In this document: positions 13,279-26,162 of the stretch, one piece after another
Layout: each line of letters begins with the position of its first letter
How positions within the stretch are numbered: position 1 is the stretch's first letter
Assembly: GCA_009103225.1 (NCBI GenBank)
Contig: RHPI01002402.1
Location: forward strand, 62,001 to 126,000
DNA: 64,000 bases
Direction: 5' to 3'
Source: Chlorokybus atmophyticus
Taxonomy: Eukaryota > Plantae > Mesostigma and Chlorokybus algae
The notes under the pieces: generated by a model
What the model was told of the DNA's origin: nothing
Seen by the model: the letters and a program-made list of their open reading frames with translations, nothing else
Databases searched by the model: none
Translations under genes and position numbers: made by a program

Positions 13279-14912
13279 ATGGCCCCGGCTGGAGTGGCGA
13301 CGACCACCACAACGGCAGAGCTGCTCGTTGAGCAGTACAAGAAGGTGCAGCGTGCTGCCGACAAGGCGGAGGCGTCCAGTGGTGCGGATGTTGACCGGGC
13401 TGTTGATGGATTGAAACACTTGACGAAAGTCAAGGTACATTATATAACTGTGCATGCATGTGCTGCCTTGCCAACCTAAGATACTCGAATATCACCTGAT
13501 TGCGGTAGCGTAAGTAACCGCGCTCTTTTCTGCACTGCGCTTGTTTTTGTACCCTCCAGTTGCTCTTGGGCAATCAGAGGGTTCAAGGACACCACTGTGT
13601 CCATGTCGCAAGGCATTTGTCAGGTAATGCTCTGCATCTGAGATGCAGGCAAGTCAGCATTTGTACTCATTGGTTACAGAAGGCTTGTGCATGGGTGTTT
13701 GTGATGGCATGCAGCATTGCACATGCAAAGTTGCGCCGTTGGGTTGCAAGGCTTTTCACAAACTGGTTGTCAGCGCTGATTTAGCCTCGTTTTGCAACGT
13801 TTGACAATGGTGACTACTGTTGGCTTATGTGAGTTGTTGCGCAGGTCACAACAGAGCTGCTTGTACAAACGCAGCTTGGCAGGTTGGTGCGCAAGCTTGC
13901 AAAGCATCCTTCTGAGAAGATAGCCAAAGCCGCTACCGCACTTGTAGAGCATTGGAAGCAGGCTGTTGCGCAGGAAACAAGCCTTGACAGCCCCAAGTCC
14001 AAGAGTGTAGGGTCCAGCCAAGCTAGCGTGAAGCCGCCATCACCAAAGGTGCGCATTACTGTCCACACAAAGACACTTGTTTCAACTGCATGCACGGGCA
14101 GCTCATCAGCTTTCTCTTTTGGTGATGCATTCCGCGAAACTATATATATATGCCTGGTCCTGTTAGCCATGCAGCAGTCCAACATGCACTAATGTTGCGC
14201 CTAACTTTAGCATTGGCTTTCAGATTGAGAAGGTGCGGCAGAACGGACTAGCTGCGAATGGACACAACAAGCCCAGCAACACCAGGCCTGCGCAACCAGC
14301 AAGGCCGTCGCCTTTGTCAAAGCCCGCTGCATCCGGAGACCCAACGCGCGACAAGCTGCGGCAGCTGATGGCAGAAGCGCTGCAGCTTGCCGAGCACGAA
14401 GATGAATGCAAAGGGCACGACAAGCATGCAGTGGCAGCGGCTATAGAACAAGAATTGTGGAAACGCCATGGTGGCACGAAAGACCTAAAGGACTACAAGG
14501 CCAAGTACCGATCTATATCTTTCAACATGAAGGTAAGTCGGCCAGGCATGGTTGTAACATCGCAGCAGTACGCTCAAGCGCTCATTATAACATCCAGGAC
14601 CCAATCAATCCAGACTTGCGACGGCGCTTGCTTGCGGAAGTTATCTCGCCAGAAGAGTTGATGGACATGTCAGCGGAGGATATGGCGAGCGATGCAAAGA
14701 AGGCAGAGAATCAGAGCATCCGAGACAAGAAGCTTTATGACTGCCAACGAGGTTCCATCGAGTCGACAGGCGCAACAACCGATCAGTTCAAATGCGGCAA
14801 ATGCGGCCAGCGCAAATGCACCTATTATCAGATGCAAACCCGCAGCGCTGATGAGCCCATGACAACCTACGTCACTTGCGTCAACTGCAATAATCGGTGG
14901 AAGTTCTGTTAG
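13279..14912 (+). CDS. TFIIS: Transcription elongation factor TFIIS
   Basis: N-terminal VTTELLVQTQLGRLVRKLAKHP, central YKAKYRSISFNMKDPINPDLRRRLL, C-terminal zinc ribbon FKCGKCGQRKCTYYQMQTRSADEPMTTYVTCVNCNNRWKFC*. Confidence 0.97.
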
Positions 14913-16271
14913 TGAGTCAGTCAGACTGTGTCTGCAGCTGTAAATATGGTAGCATCCAGCTGGAGTGCAGTACTTGTATATGCTCGCGTGAATACCTCTT
15001 CTGTGCTGGTCATCTGGCCTTGTTGCTTGCGTATACCTGATGCACCTTCGCACTTGTACAGCATCAGATATTGCACAACCAAACTTTCGCCATAAAACCC
15101 TTGTTGCCTATCATGGACGCGGCAACAATAGTTGCAACATGTGGAATGGCCTGATGCAGTTTAAGCACTCAATCTGCACAGCTAGTAGCATGGGACCCTC
15201 CACCTTTGTGGGGGCTCCTTATTGGTGATGTGGCAAGCAGTGCTCAGTGATGATGACGTGTATTGCTGCTCATGACAACTCTCTTCATGGTTGGAGTAGG
15301 TGGCGAGGCGAGTGCGGGTGTTGAGGACGATACAGGTGGAGTGCTGAGTGCTGAGCGGGGATCTGGCGCTGCCATTGTGGTACTGCTGTGTGCTATGTCA
15401 TGCTGTGTGTAGCGACACGCTAGTGTGTTGGTGTGGTATGTGGTAATGAGCAACTGGCGCTGTGATGAACCTGTGTACGCTAGTATGTAAGAGAGTGTGG
15501 TCTACTTGCCCGCCGACAACGGAGGCGGACGCTGCGCTGGTGTCAACGTGTGCCAGTCTGCCAGAGGCAGCGAGGCGGCACAGGTGATGCTGGAGCGGCG
15601 ACCGGTGTGGTGTGAGTGGACAAGGGACAGAGGGTGTGTGACGTTTGGCGTGTATAATGGCGAGGTGAGAGCGTGGGTGTGGGCGTGGGCGGTGAGCGTG
15701 GGTGTAGTGAGCAATACATGCTGTAACCGCACCCATGTATACATATGTATGGTTGGCTGCGGTGTCACACAGCCACTTGTACCCGATGTATAGGTCTTGT
15801 ATAAGTTTGGTTGCTGTTGTACAGGATAAGCACGAGGCTGTTATAAGCATCCGTTTTAGCGCCATGCATCGCATGTAGCAAGCCACATGCACGTCAATGC
15901 TGCATATACGACCTGGGCTAATCTACCCTCTACTCTACCTCTACTCCTACCGTGTGATAGTAGTTCTTGCGAGGTCTGGCCACGGTCTTTTCATATGTAT
16001 ACGTACAATGTCTCTATATGTGGCATGTATGGTTGCCTGCACAATTTATACGATGTCATGGTTATACCACACCGATGTGAGTGTGGTACGGTATAAGCGT
16101 GTAAGTACAAATGCGGAGTAGAATGTGAGTAAATCGTATGATCTGGTGTGTGCAAGAACCATGTCACGCGTGTGACCCTCCCTGCATGAGACTTGTGCCC
16201 TTGAAAACATTTAATACCCTTAACATGCCATACGCGTATGTACAAATAAGTAGACAAACAGCACATGTGGG

Positions 16272-19018
16272 CTAGCTGCGCCCGTTTACAACAGCTAGTG
16301 GCATGCGCTCCTTCATAGCCTCAAAGAGCTTGCTGTTGTACCGTTTCACCTGCATTGTTCCCAGTGTGAGGTCATGGAGCCAAGAGCGAGCGCACTGGAC
16401 ACAGACATGAGTTTGTTGTTGGTTGGTCCATTCCAGTCAACACAACGAGCTTAGAACTTACTTGCGCTCGTAATCTGTCAAATTGAGCCAATAACGCAGC
16501 AGACTCTTGCGAATGGGCATTTCGCGCCTCGGCAATTTTGCTCTGCATCTCAGCCACCTGTCGCAACAATCAACAATGTTAGTGGCGTGACACTTCTAAC
16601 CTTGCTCTGTCTTGTTGTGTCATTCCCTGACCTTAGCCTCCATGGCCTCTGCTTGTGCCGCTGCGTGTGCGCGTTCCCGTTCCACTGTTGTTCTGCTGTC
16701 CCTCGCAGTGTGCACTGCAGTGGCTGCTTTGTCTCTTTTGACTGAGGCGTGTTCTTCAAAACGCCTCAACCGCTCTTCGGCATTTTGTGCTGCACAGACC
16801 ATGCAGGTCAGCACGTGTTGCCACTTGTGCGACATGTCCAGCACCACTGCTGACCTTGCCGGCTCAGGTGCTGTTGTGACAGCTGCAAGTCCAGTGTCTT
16901 CTTGTGTTGAGCTTCCAGCTGTGCCTTAGCCGCCTTGACATTACGAGACACAGCTTTCCTCTTTGTGACCTGTGGCGATTGCAGTGAGGAGACAGCAAAT
17001 GGTTGCACAGTGAACTGCATGTGGCGCAAGACTGTTCTATTGTTGACTACCTCAGCCTCCAGCTCTTCGAGCATCTGTATGCACTTTCTGACCTTTTCCT
17101 CAACCTGCATGCGATAAACTCAGTCAACTACACATTGGTGTGTACGCAGGAAGCATGGTTGCTGTTGCATGACTAAGTGTCACCTTCTGCGTGCTTTCCA
17201 CTTTGCCCAACAGCTCGCGTGAACGCTGCTCCGCATTGGCAATTGCCGTACGCTCATCTTCAACTGCTTGCGCCAATTCTTCCAGTAATCTCTGCCAACC
17301 ATTGTGATGAGTTTGATTACGCAGCGTGCAACACTTGGAAAAGCATTGCCACACAGACAGCCAACCTACCTGCAGCTTCTGTGGCGACTGCACTATCTGG
17401 CTTTGAAATCTAGCATTCTCCTCGCGAGCTTTGCTCAACTTCTCCTTGACGTCTCCGACCTACATATCATGCCCTGAGCTGCAAAGCAAAGCGACAGCAG
17501 CACTACACATCACAACAATCAGCCTGACTTAATAGCTCTCTAAGATGTGCTCACCTTTTGCGTCAACTGGATGCTGGTTGACTTAAAAGATGTTACCTCT
17601 GACTTCAACACGGCCTAGAAGCAGAGATGCGACGTTAGTCAGAACTACTTGTGTCTGAACTACTTGCGATGCATCGTGTACTGGACCCAGGCATGGGTAT
17701 GGCACCTGTTGGTGGTTCAGTGCATTCAACTTGGCGGTGATCTCATCCACCTCGGTTTGCATCCTAGCTACTGTTGGCTCATCAGCGGCCCGCTGCTGCT
17801 GTATCTTTGCCAGCTCACTCTTAAGCTGCAAACAGATTGTAAGCTCACACAGAAAAGCATTCCAACCATAAGCCAAGCAACTGACGCGTTGCCCACAATC
17901 ATTGTGGAGCTGCATGTTAACAGCAAACTTGCGAGGCAGTACAAAAGCATTGCAAGGAGTGAAATGCAACCACTTGAACGTGTACCTGCATGTTGGCCTC
18001 CTCAAGCTGTGTTTTTCGGTCTAACGTAGCCTCGCTTTGCTCTTGCAGCTGCTGGTAGGCAGACAGCTTTTCTTCACGAAACTTTGCAAAATTAATGACT
18101 GCGCTGAGGTTGCGCCTCAAGCGCTTGTGGTCCGGCTTTGCGATATCTTGAAACGTAAAGTCCTGCGTACAAATGCTGCTCGTTCACTTATCCCTACACA
18201 GGAACTCACACAGGAACTGAATGACACCCCGAGCCCTTTTGATCTCCACATGCATGCTGTGCTGGATGTAACCAACACATGTGCCCTACATGTGGACAGA
18301 ATAAAGAAACTTTTTGAACTACACAAGAAGTCGTACACGGCATGAATGAAACACTCCTCCACTTCTCCTCTGCATCTGATATTAACAGTCGAGCTGTATG
18401 CAATGTGCATATACATGAATATGGTAATTACCATATATACCCTGCACAATATGGCTATGAACACATGTGCACAAGGGAAGTGCTGGTACAAGGTGACATC
18501 GACAAGCAAAGTGGACAGTTCTATGGCTGTTGAATTCATTGTGTGGCATACACGTACCGACACCCCTGACGCCTGCATGAGCCTAGAAACAGCTCTGTCA
18601 AACGCCAGGTGTCCAATGGACTCGTCGTGCATTTCCGGGTACTCCAGCTCATTGATGGCGGAAAAGACGGGCTGCTGCAGCTCCTCTCTGTATGACACGT
18701 CAACAGAAGTTTCACAAAGAATGACCAAGCTCTACTGCTTGACAGTGACTAGCTATAGTATTCTGACTGCACTGCTCGCAATCGGTGCAGATTAACAACC
18801 TATGGGCAAGACTATTAAACTTTGAGTATACTGTGACTGTCCATACGCTATTCTCACCTTGTCATGCCCATAAGGAGGTGCAAGAAGCCGTCATATACAG
18901 GCTTGACCACCTCGTAGGAGGGTTTGAGCAAGTCCTGCTCCGACAGAGGGAGCTCCAGCTCCTGCAGGCATGCCAGGATCTCCGCATTCGGCAGGATGGG
19001 GAAGGAGTACGACGCCAT
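16272..19018 (-). CDS. NUF2: Kinetochore NDC80-complex subunit Nuf2, multi-exon
   Basis: MASYSFPILPNAEILACLQELELPLSEQDLLKPS, LEYPEMHDESIG, LSAVINFAKFREEKL, IVQSPQKLQ, coiled-coil C-terminus ending VKRYNSKLFEAMKERMPLAVVNGRS*. Confidence 0.93.
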
Positions 19019-19485
19019 CCTGAGAAGCAGAACTTCACACCACCACTACTCGTATACCAGGCCCCAGGCCCCAGCCCCCAGGCGCCTGCTGCCCACACAA
19101 CGCCAACGACGACGACGACGCCCGCCCCGCCGCCGCCCGCCAGCCTAACGGCAACAAGCAAAACAAACAACTCAAAAAGTTAGGCGCCAAAGCCCTAGTC
19201 CTTGTGCGCTGCTCGCACAAGCGCTTGTGCGCTCTGCACAAGGGCGTCCCACTGTCTCTGCCTATCCTTGGGGTTGACGTGGACGGCCTTGGCGGAGGGC
19301 GGCGGACACCGGCGAGGAGGCGGTGTCGGGGTGAGGCGTGTCGTTACTGGTGTCGTTGCCTGGGCAACGTGTAACTGACGCTGTCATTTCACCTGCCTGT
19401 AATTGTGGTGCGCCGTGCTTAATTGAAAGGGCAGTCCTGCCGGCAGCTGATGTGGCGGTAACTGTGTCGTTGTCGGGCGTAGTTG

Positions 19486-22400
19486 ATGATGGCGGCGTTG
19501 TTGGTGGCGCCGGTGGTGCCGCCGTCGGTTGTGCATTGCAGGATAGGCGCGTCTGCCTCGTCGTCGTCGTCGTCTTCGTCGTCATCTTCGTGCGTGAGAT
19601 GTGTTGGGCGGTCACCGGCACCACGCCTGGTGCTTGCGCGAGGGTTGGGGCCTGCAGGAGCGTCCTTTTTTGCGCCTCTGCCTGCTGGGCGAAGGAGACG
19701 GCGGCGACGACCTCCTCCTTCTCGTTGTCCTCCTCTCGCTTGCAGCGCTGCTGCTGCCGGCGAGGCAGCCTTCCCTCAGGAGGCGGTTCCTAGCACAGCT
19801 GACGACCAGGTAACAGCCTAAGCATAAAATCACCTTTAACGCAGTTGGCATCAGCAGCTCAACTTCTCTCTCGGGTCAATTGAGATGGGCGCATATGTCC
19901 ATTGATCAGTACAGCGCAGCATTGCCAACGTCTTGGCAATGCTGCCATACACTGTTAAATCATCTACACAGACCACATACGTTGCTGTAGAGACGTTAGG
20001 ACGAGGCTGGATGGTTTGGGGCTAAGCATCATGTGTTGTGCGAACACCAACTTAGTCAGGGTGTGCGTTGAGTTCAGCATGCAAAATTGGTTTTGCTGGT
20101 GCCAAGGTGTCTGTGGTGTGTTGAGTTTCGCTTATGGTCAGTAATGTCAATGCGCCAGTTGAGGTAGCTGGTCTTGCAAAGACCTTGCATTCACCCGCTG
20201 TGAGTGTGAGCAGCAAGCGTCGATTGAGACAGAGGATGCGACACAACGATCTGTACTGGCACCATTTGGGGCATTGGGCCCGCTTGGCCGCTTGATTGGC
20301 AACATTGACCAGTGGTTGGGGCTGAGAGAAAGGCGCAGGTTGCAGGTAATGTGATCGATCTGGCGGCACTCCATGCAGCTTACGCTTGCATGCACTCTGC
20401 TGGCATACGGCGTTGCCTTAAGCAGTCAGTGTTGATCATTGAGATTGCAGGCATTAGAGGCTGCAGCGAATACGGCGCCAACTGATGCAAGCAAACAGTT
20501 TGACTTGTACCGAGCTCTCAATAAGAGAAAGGAGTAAGCAACATGCACTCAAGCCGTCTGGTTGGCTGCATTCAGGTTTGCAAGCTGTAGTCACGCTTTG
20601 TGTACTGCTGATTTCGCGCTTGCGCTACAGTTCAATTAAAGTTGTGGAACACTTTGAGTCTCATCCTGAGCATGCGGTGAATACGGCAAGCGCTGTGGAG
20701 TACTTGCGTGCACTGGTCGCAACCAACAGTATTGACAGGTTCATTCCTAGCCGTAAAAACAATGCTACAGACACTTCTCCCGCCTTCCAGGAACTGGTGA
20801 GACGGTGTGCATCCTGCTCATGCAGCAAGAAGTTTGATCCAAGGGCTTTGTCACTGGTTGGCTTGTATGCATATGCGGTACCACACTACCATGCATACCA
20901 CATTATTATAGTTTACAGTAACATCTCTTTGATGACAGCCAGCCGCTTACTCGATGCATGCTACTATGCAGCTTGCCGATCTACAGCAGCGATCCGGAGG
21001 CGATGCAAGTCAGTTGCAAGCGCAAGCTTTTGGTGTCACTGACAGACGCCCGCTTCATGTCATCCTGGTACTATTCTATCATCCATTATGTGGCGGAGTG
21101 GCTACTTATACAGTCTAGGCCTGTTGATGGTAGTCGATCTACCCAAGTTTGCTGGCATAAGCAGCCATGGTACTCACCGTGCATGTGGTTGTTCAACACA
21201 GGTGGACAAGAATGGGTCGTCTGGCCCGTTGAGGGTACTTAAGGAAGTGTTGGGCACCATGCTGGTCTTCGCGTGCATGTATGCTGCCTGGTAAGTTGAT
21301 TGGCACTCTCTTGCTTGCACAAGCTCATTGGTCGTTGCCTGCTATGTTGTCGTTACGAGCGGTTGCTCAGGCTTTTTGGCATTGAGGCGCTGCGGAAGTA
21401 TGCCAGTGGTGTTGCTGGCGTCAGCACTTCGTCCAGTGTGCAGTCTGCAAGCTCGTACGCCCCAAAAGAGTATAACAAAGATTCCATGCTTGAAAAGGTG
21501 TGCGGGCAGTCCTTCTGTGATTCCCAACGACGCTGCCTGCTTACAAGCTCCCCGTCATGAGTTGCCTAACAAATCTGACTGCAGAATGTTAAGACATTCG
21601 CGGATGTGAAAGGCTGCGATGAAGCCAAGGCAGAGCTAGAAGAAGTTGTGCAATACTTGAAGAGCCCTGAGAAGTTTACACGGCTAGGTGGCAAGCTTCC
21701 TAAGGTGTGCGTAGCTTGGTTTGCACAGCAAGTGTTTTTTTTTTTTTTATTTAACAGCTGTTGCATGCACTGTCTCGCACATAGCGTTAGCTGACAGCTT
21801 TGTCCTGCTGGCTATGCGTTGCACCTACACTTTACATCGTATCAGGACCACGTAATTACAGTTGTCCTTGGAGTAACGTCCTGTGTTGCAGGGTATTCTG
21901 CTAACTGGTGCTCCGGGTACTGGGAAGACGCTGCTGGCCAAGGTAGGTTGCGCAACGGGTAGCAGGCAGGCAGGATGCATCTCCTATGACCACAACCACA
22001 TTGCTCTGTATGAACAACAGGCCATAGCTGGAGAGGCTGGAGTGCCGTTCTTCTACCGTGCTGGCTCCGAGTTTGAGGAGATGTACGGTGAAGTGCAGGC
22101 CATTCTTTCGCCAGTGCTCTTTGTATATCTACTTGATTGACATGGACATTCTTGCAGGTTTGTTGGGGTTGGGTCCCGCCGAGTGCGCGCGTTGTTTGCT
22201 GCAGCCAAAAAGAAGGTAGCTTGCCAGCAACTTTATGTGTTTGTGTGTCCCCTTGGTTTGGAGCTCATCATATGGTCCAATCGCAGGCGCCCTGCATAGT
22301 GTTCATCGATGAGATTGATGCCGTTGGAGGGAGCCGCAAGTACTGGGAGAGTCACACACGGAAGACGCTAAATCAGCTCCTTGTGGAGATGGATGGTTTT

Positions 22401-23690
22401 GAAGCCAATGAGGGCATCATTGTTTTGGCGGCCACGAACCTTCCCGAAACCCTGGACCCGGCGCTCACGAGACCGGGCCGTTTCGACCGCACGATTGCTG
22501 TACCCACCCCTGATGTTAAGGGGCGCCTTGAGATCATCAAGCACTATCTGAAAGACAAGCCCGTGTCCGCAGACGTGAGCCCAGAGGTTCTTGCGCGCGG
22601 GACAACAGGCTTCAGCGGTGCAGACTTGGCCAATCTCATCAATGTTGCTGCCGTGAAAGCGGCATTGGAGAACTCTGATTCTCTTTCGAACTTCCACCTT
22701 GACTTTGCCAAGGACCGTATACTTATGGGCACGGAGCGTAAGTCAGCGCAAGTTTCTGAAGAAAGCAGGAAGCTGACTGCCTACCATGAAAGTGGTCACA
22801 CGCTCGTTGCGCTGAACACGGCTGGAGCTATCCCTGTCCACAAGGCCACCATAGTGCCACGTGGAAGCAGCTTGGGCATGATGGTGCAGCTTCCAGACAA
22901 GGACGAAACATCAGTTTCCATGCGGCAACTGCTTGCCAGGTTGGATGTGGCGATGGGCGGCCGTGTTGCCGAGGAGTTGATCTTCGGCGCGGATCAGGTC
23001 TTAACAGGGTTGTGTTGCTTATAAGAGCTGTGTGTTGAGACAGTGGAGGTCGCATCCTGACTTACTGTCAACCCAGGTGAGCACAGGAGCGCAAAGTGAT
23101 CTCAAGGCTGCAACTGCTATCGCAAGGCACATGGTATGTGCTGAACCCAGCGTTTGTAATCCACATTGCAGTCTTGTGCATCCGAATGCACTTGGTGACT
23201 GACCAAATTGAGTGGCTTGCAGGTCACGCAATGTGGGATGAGTGATCTGATTGGACCCGTGTATGTTGCTGACACCGCATCTCACAAGGCTGGCTTGGAA
23301 ACGCAGAAAACAATTGATGCTGAGGTACCAATGAGCAGCTGGTGCTGTATTGACACTTGCTTTGTTTTGGAGTTTGTTGCACAATGTGGTCATTTCATGT
23401 ATCAAACTTTGCCAACCTGTCGGCAGGTGAGGCGGCTTCTGAGAGAAGCATATGTCCGAGTGCAAAAGCTTCTTGCTAAGGTAAGCTGCTCTTTGTTGTT
23501 GCTGTTAGCATGTTGACGCACGCAGTAGTCAAGATGGTGACAACCTGATCATATGCAGCATGAGAAGGATCTGCATTTGCTTGCGGGGAGTTTACTCGAA
23601 CATGAGACCTTGACTGCTGATGAGATCAGGACCATATTGGAGCTTGGACCGAAGGCGCTAGACAAGTCTTTAGAGAAAGCAATGTTGTAA
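19486..23690 (+). CDS. FTSH11: FtsH11-like ATP-dependent zinc metalloprotease precursor (i-AAA clade)
   Basis: Ser/Arg-rich transit peptide exon at 19486-~19808; [11 protein letters not shown]; Walker A GAPGTGKT; [17 protein letters not shown]; Walker [11 protein letters not shown]; [26 protein letters not shown] (FtsH11-type rather than FtsH4-type); HEXXH motif AYHESGH; stop TAA at 23688-23690. Confidence 0.93.
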
Positions 23691-25070
23691 TGTGCGTTGG
23701 TAGAAAGCAATAAGCATTGTGTTGTGTAGCTAGCTGCTGTATGTACATTGTATGATGTATGTTGACAAGCAGTAGTCGTTGGATCTATGGCTAACAGGTG
23801 CTTTGTTGTGTATACGAGCCAATGATTTGTGCCAAGCGTATGCAGTGATTATAAAGACTGCACCTTTTACGGCGCACAAGTAGCATGCATCTTGTGTACA
23901 GTTGTGTTAGATGTAATGCAAAACACGTAGTACAATGTGGCATGCCTCCAAGTGCGTGCAGTGAGTGGGCTGATGAGCAGCAGATGCAATTGCACTCGCA
24001 TGCATGTGTGTAGTTGCTGGTAGTGAGGGCTTACCTTGGTAGATACCTTGCTGGTACAAGTCCTCATGAAGCAAATTGGAAGCACTACTGCTATTAGTGC
24101 ACAAACATGCTCCCTATGTGCCTTCATGTGGTCCCCTTGGTTTGCTTGCCCCTGCTCTTGTACCACTACACCAACATTGCACGCACGCATACACATAGCT
24201 AGGCTAGTTGTAGGATAGGCCAACGGCTATATCCTCTGGTGTAATAAGTTGTTAAATTGTGCATATGTTTTGCTTGCCGCAAGGTAGATAGATAGGGTGC
24301 ATTACTTCACCACATTTCATATATATGAGCACAGCCGCGTCCACAGCCACAGTTACACAGATCCATCTACAGATTTCTTTTACGCATGCGGAGTGGCATG
24401 GGTAAGTAAAGTCGAGATCCCTGACAAAGATTGTTAGTAGCAGCCGTGCAACCATAACCAGACAATTGGACTTAATACAACTTGCTAACCGCCGGGTTGT
24501 GAAACTCAACCATTTTACTTAAAAGACGAGAAGCGCATGAGGTGGTGGCTTGTTGCTGATTTTACCGGAACTTGTGCATGAAGCACGTGTTTTATGGAAA
24601 GCCTTTTCCTTAATTGTCGCCATGTGACATGTAAGGAAAAAGGCCTTTCCTATGGAACCCCACGGTGCACACAACTAGTTAATATCGATACTAAAAACAT
24701 GTTGCGGGACACTGGGTCGTACGCAATCTCAAATAAGTCTCTAAAAGGGCTTGCCCATTCAGCTTTGCATGGCCACACGCACAATGTTGTTTTTATAATG
24801 TCAATCATTGACAGCATTGCAGGCTACTTATACCTATTACCCCTTCTGCTACGTACTTTACTTTACCTCTTTAAGTCGCGAGGTGCCGTGATAACCTTTA
24901 ATGTCAACGCCATTTTGATAATCGAGCCCACACAAGCCCACCAGACACGGCAATGCAATTGCACATCACGATAATTTAACAATGTAAGTTAGCATGCATG
25001 AGCTGCGTGGGCCTCACGCCTCAAGAGTACCGTCACGTCTAACAGGGTAGTCATCAGGGTAGGTCATGGT

Positions 25071-25156
25071 TGTAACAAGTGGGCTCCGACCACTAGGCTA
25101 TGGCAATAGACGCTGCCATGAGTGAGGTCTGTCACAATTTATCCCGATTGGTGACA
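25071..25156 (-). mobile_element. Solo LTR of TRIM family B (86 bp)
   Basis: Reverse complement TGTCACCAATCGGGATAAATTGTGACAGACCTCACTCATGGC...CCATAGCCTAGTGGTCGGAGCCCACTTGTTACA aligns end to end with the LTRs at 53967-54055 and 61487-61575; TG...CA termini; flanked by 5-bp TSD ATGGT (25066-25070, 25157-25161). Confidence 0.92.
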
Positions 25157-25629
25157 ATGGTGGTGGCCAACTTAGCGCTGCGCACATGGCCGTACTCGTT
25201 CTTTGCAAGAGAGCTACGCCCTAAGCCGTCGCAGTGCACATGCAATCTACCGCATATCTATAAACAAGCTTGACATACGGCGTATGCAATCGTTTGCGAT
25301 GCACCACACAGCGCAACACTAGCGTCATACATCATACGCAAAGCAAACCTGGGGATAGACGCTACAATGTCTGTCTGCCATGTGTGTGGTTCGGAGCACC
25401 AACGGCGGAACGCTAGCACGTCAACTTGATGGTGAACTATGGCATGTGCTATCTGCACTTTGTGCCGCACGACAACATGAAGCTGATAATACCAACAAAT
25501 GTCAGTATAAATATGAAAAAGGTGGTTGTTAAATGCAGTGATAGTGAGAGGACAGTGGCTGAGATTGTAACTGTCACTATTTGGGAAAAGAGAAAGAGAA
25601 GTTCTACTCAGTTATGTTCCTACTCATGC

Positions 25630-26162
25630 TGTGACGGGAAGGTACGTTGAATTACCACAAGTCGACTATAAAAGCATCAAGTCTTTTGTGGTCGAGTGGG
25701 CTGTGACATTGGTCATCGGAGCTTGAGACCCGGGTTCGATTCCTGCCTTGCACACGAATTCCGCGGTTGTTGTTTCTCGATCCAATAACATAGTAAATGG
25801 TCACTTTATGAGTACCATCATCGATGGGTCGCGACTTGCCTAATGGCAGTCGCGCCGAACTGACCAGTTCAGTCGGCGCGGCAGGGCGCGACCTGCCTAT
25901 CGCGGCGACGCCCCCTGTGGGGCCGGCAGCGGCGGGCTATGCGCGCGCTGACCGGTATGGGCCTAAATTGGCCGGTCCTTGGATGGTGGGGCCGGGGACC
26001 GACCCTAAATCAGACCCCTGGGAAGATTCCCCAGCTGATGGGCGCCAGCTGCCGAGGACGTCAGCGTTCTTAAGTGGGGGGAATGTAACGGGAAGGTACA
26101 TTAAATTACCACAAATCGACCATAAAAGCACCAAGTCTTTTGTGGTCGAGTGGGCTGTGACA
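25630..26162 (+). mobile_element. TRIM family A: non-autonomous miniature LTR retrotransposon, 533 bp
   Basis: 79-bp LTRs at 25630-25708 and 26084-26162 (TG...CA, 6 differences, all transitions); iMet-type PBS TGGTCATCGGAGC at 25710-25722; PPT AAGTGGGGGGAA at 26072-26083; TSD CATGC on both sides; no coding capacity. Confidence 0.95.
25689..25743 (+). promoter_or_regulatory. Putative tRNA-type (type 2) Pol III promoter split across the 5' LTR/PBS junction of TRIM A
   Basis: A box TGGTCGAGTGG at 25689-25699 inside the LTR; B box GGTTCGATTCC at 25733-25743 downstream of the PBS; 33-nt spacing as in tRNA genes. Function is inferred. Confidence 0.65.

Noticed and set aside
15247-15900. Possible 3' exons of an unknown minus-strand gene (…VVGGQ|HDIAHSSTTMAAPDP…RHHH*)
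   Set aside because: One plausible splice but no recognisable domain or start; not supportable without transcripts.
19262-19790. Long Thr/Pro-rich ORF on the minus strand
   Set aside because: Antisense shadow of the GC-rich FTSH11 transit-peptide exon and its promoter.
25682-25760. tRNA gene or tRNA-derived SINE (also at 54020-54100)
   Set aside because: A and B boxes are present, but there is no acceptor or anticodon stem; the sequence between the boxes is the LTR end and PBS.
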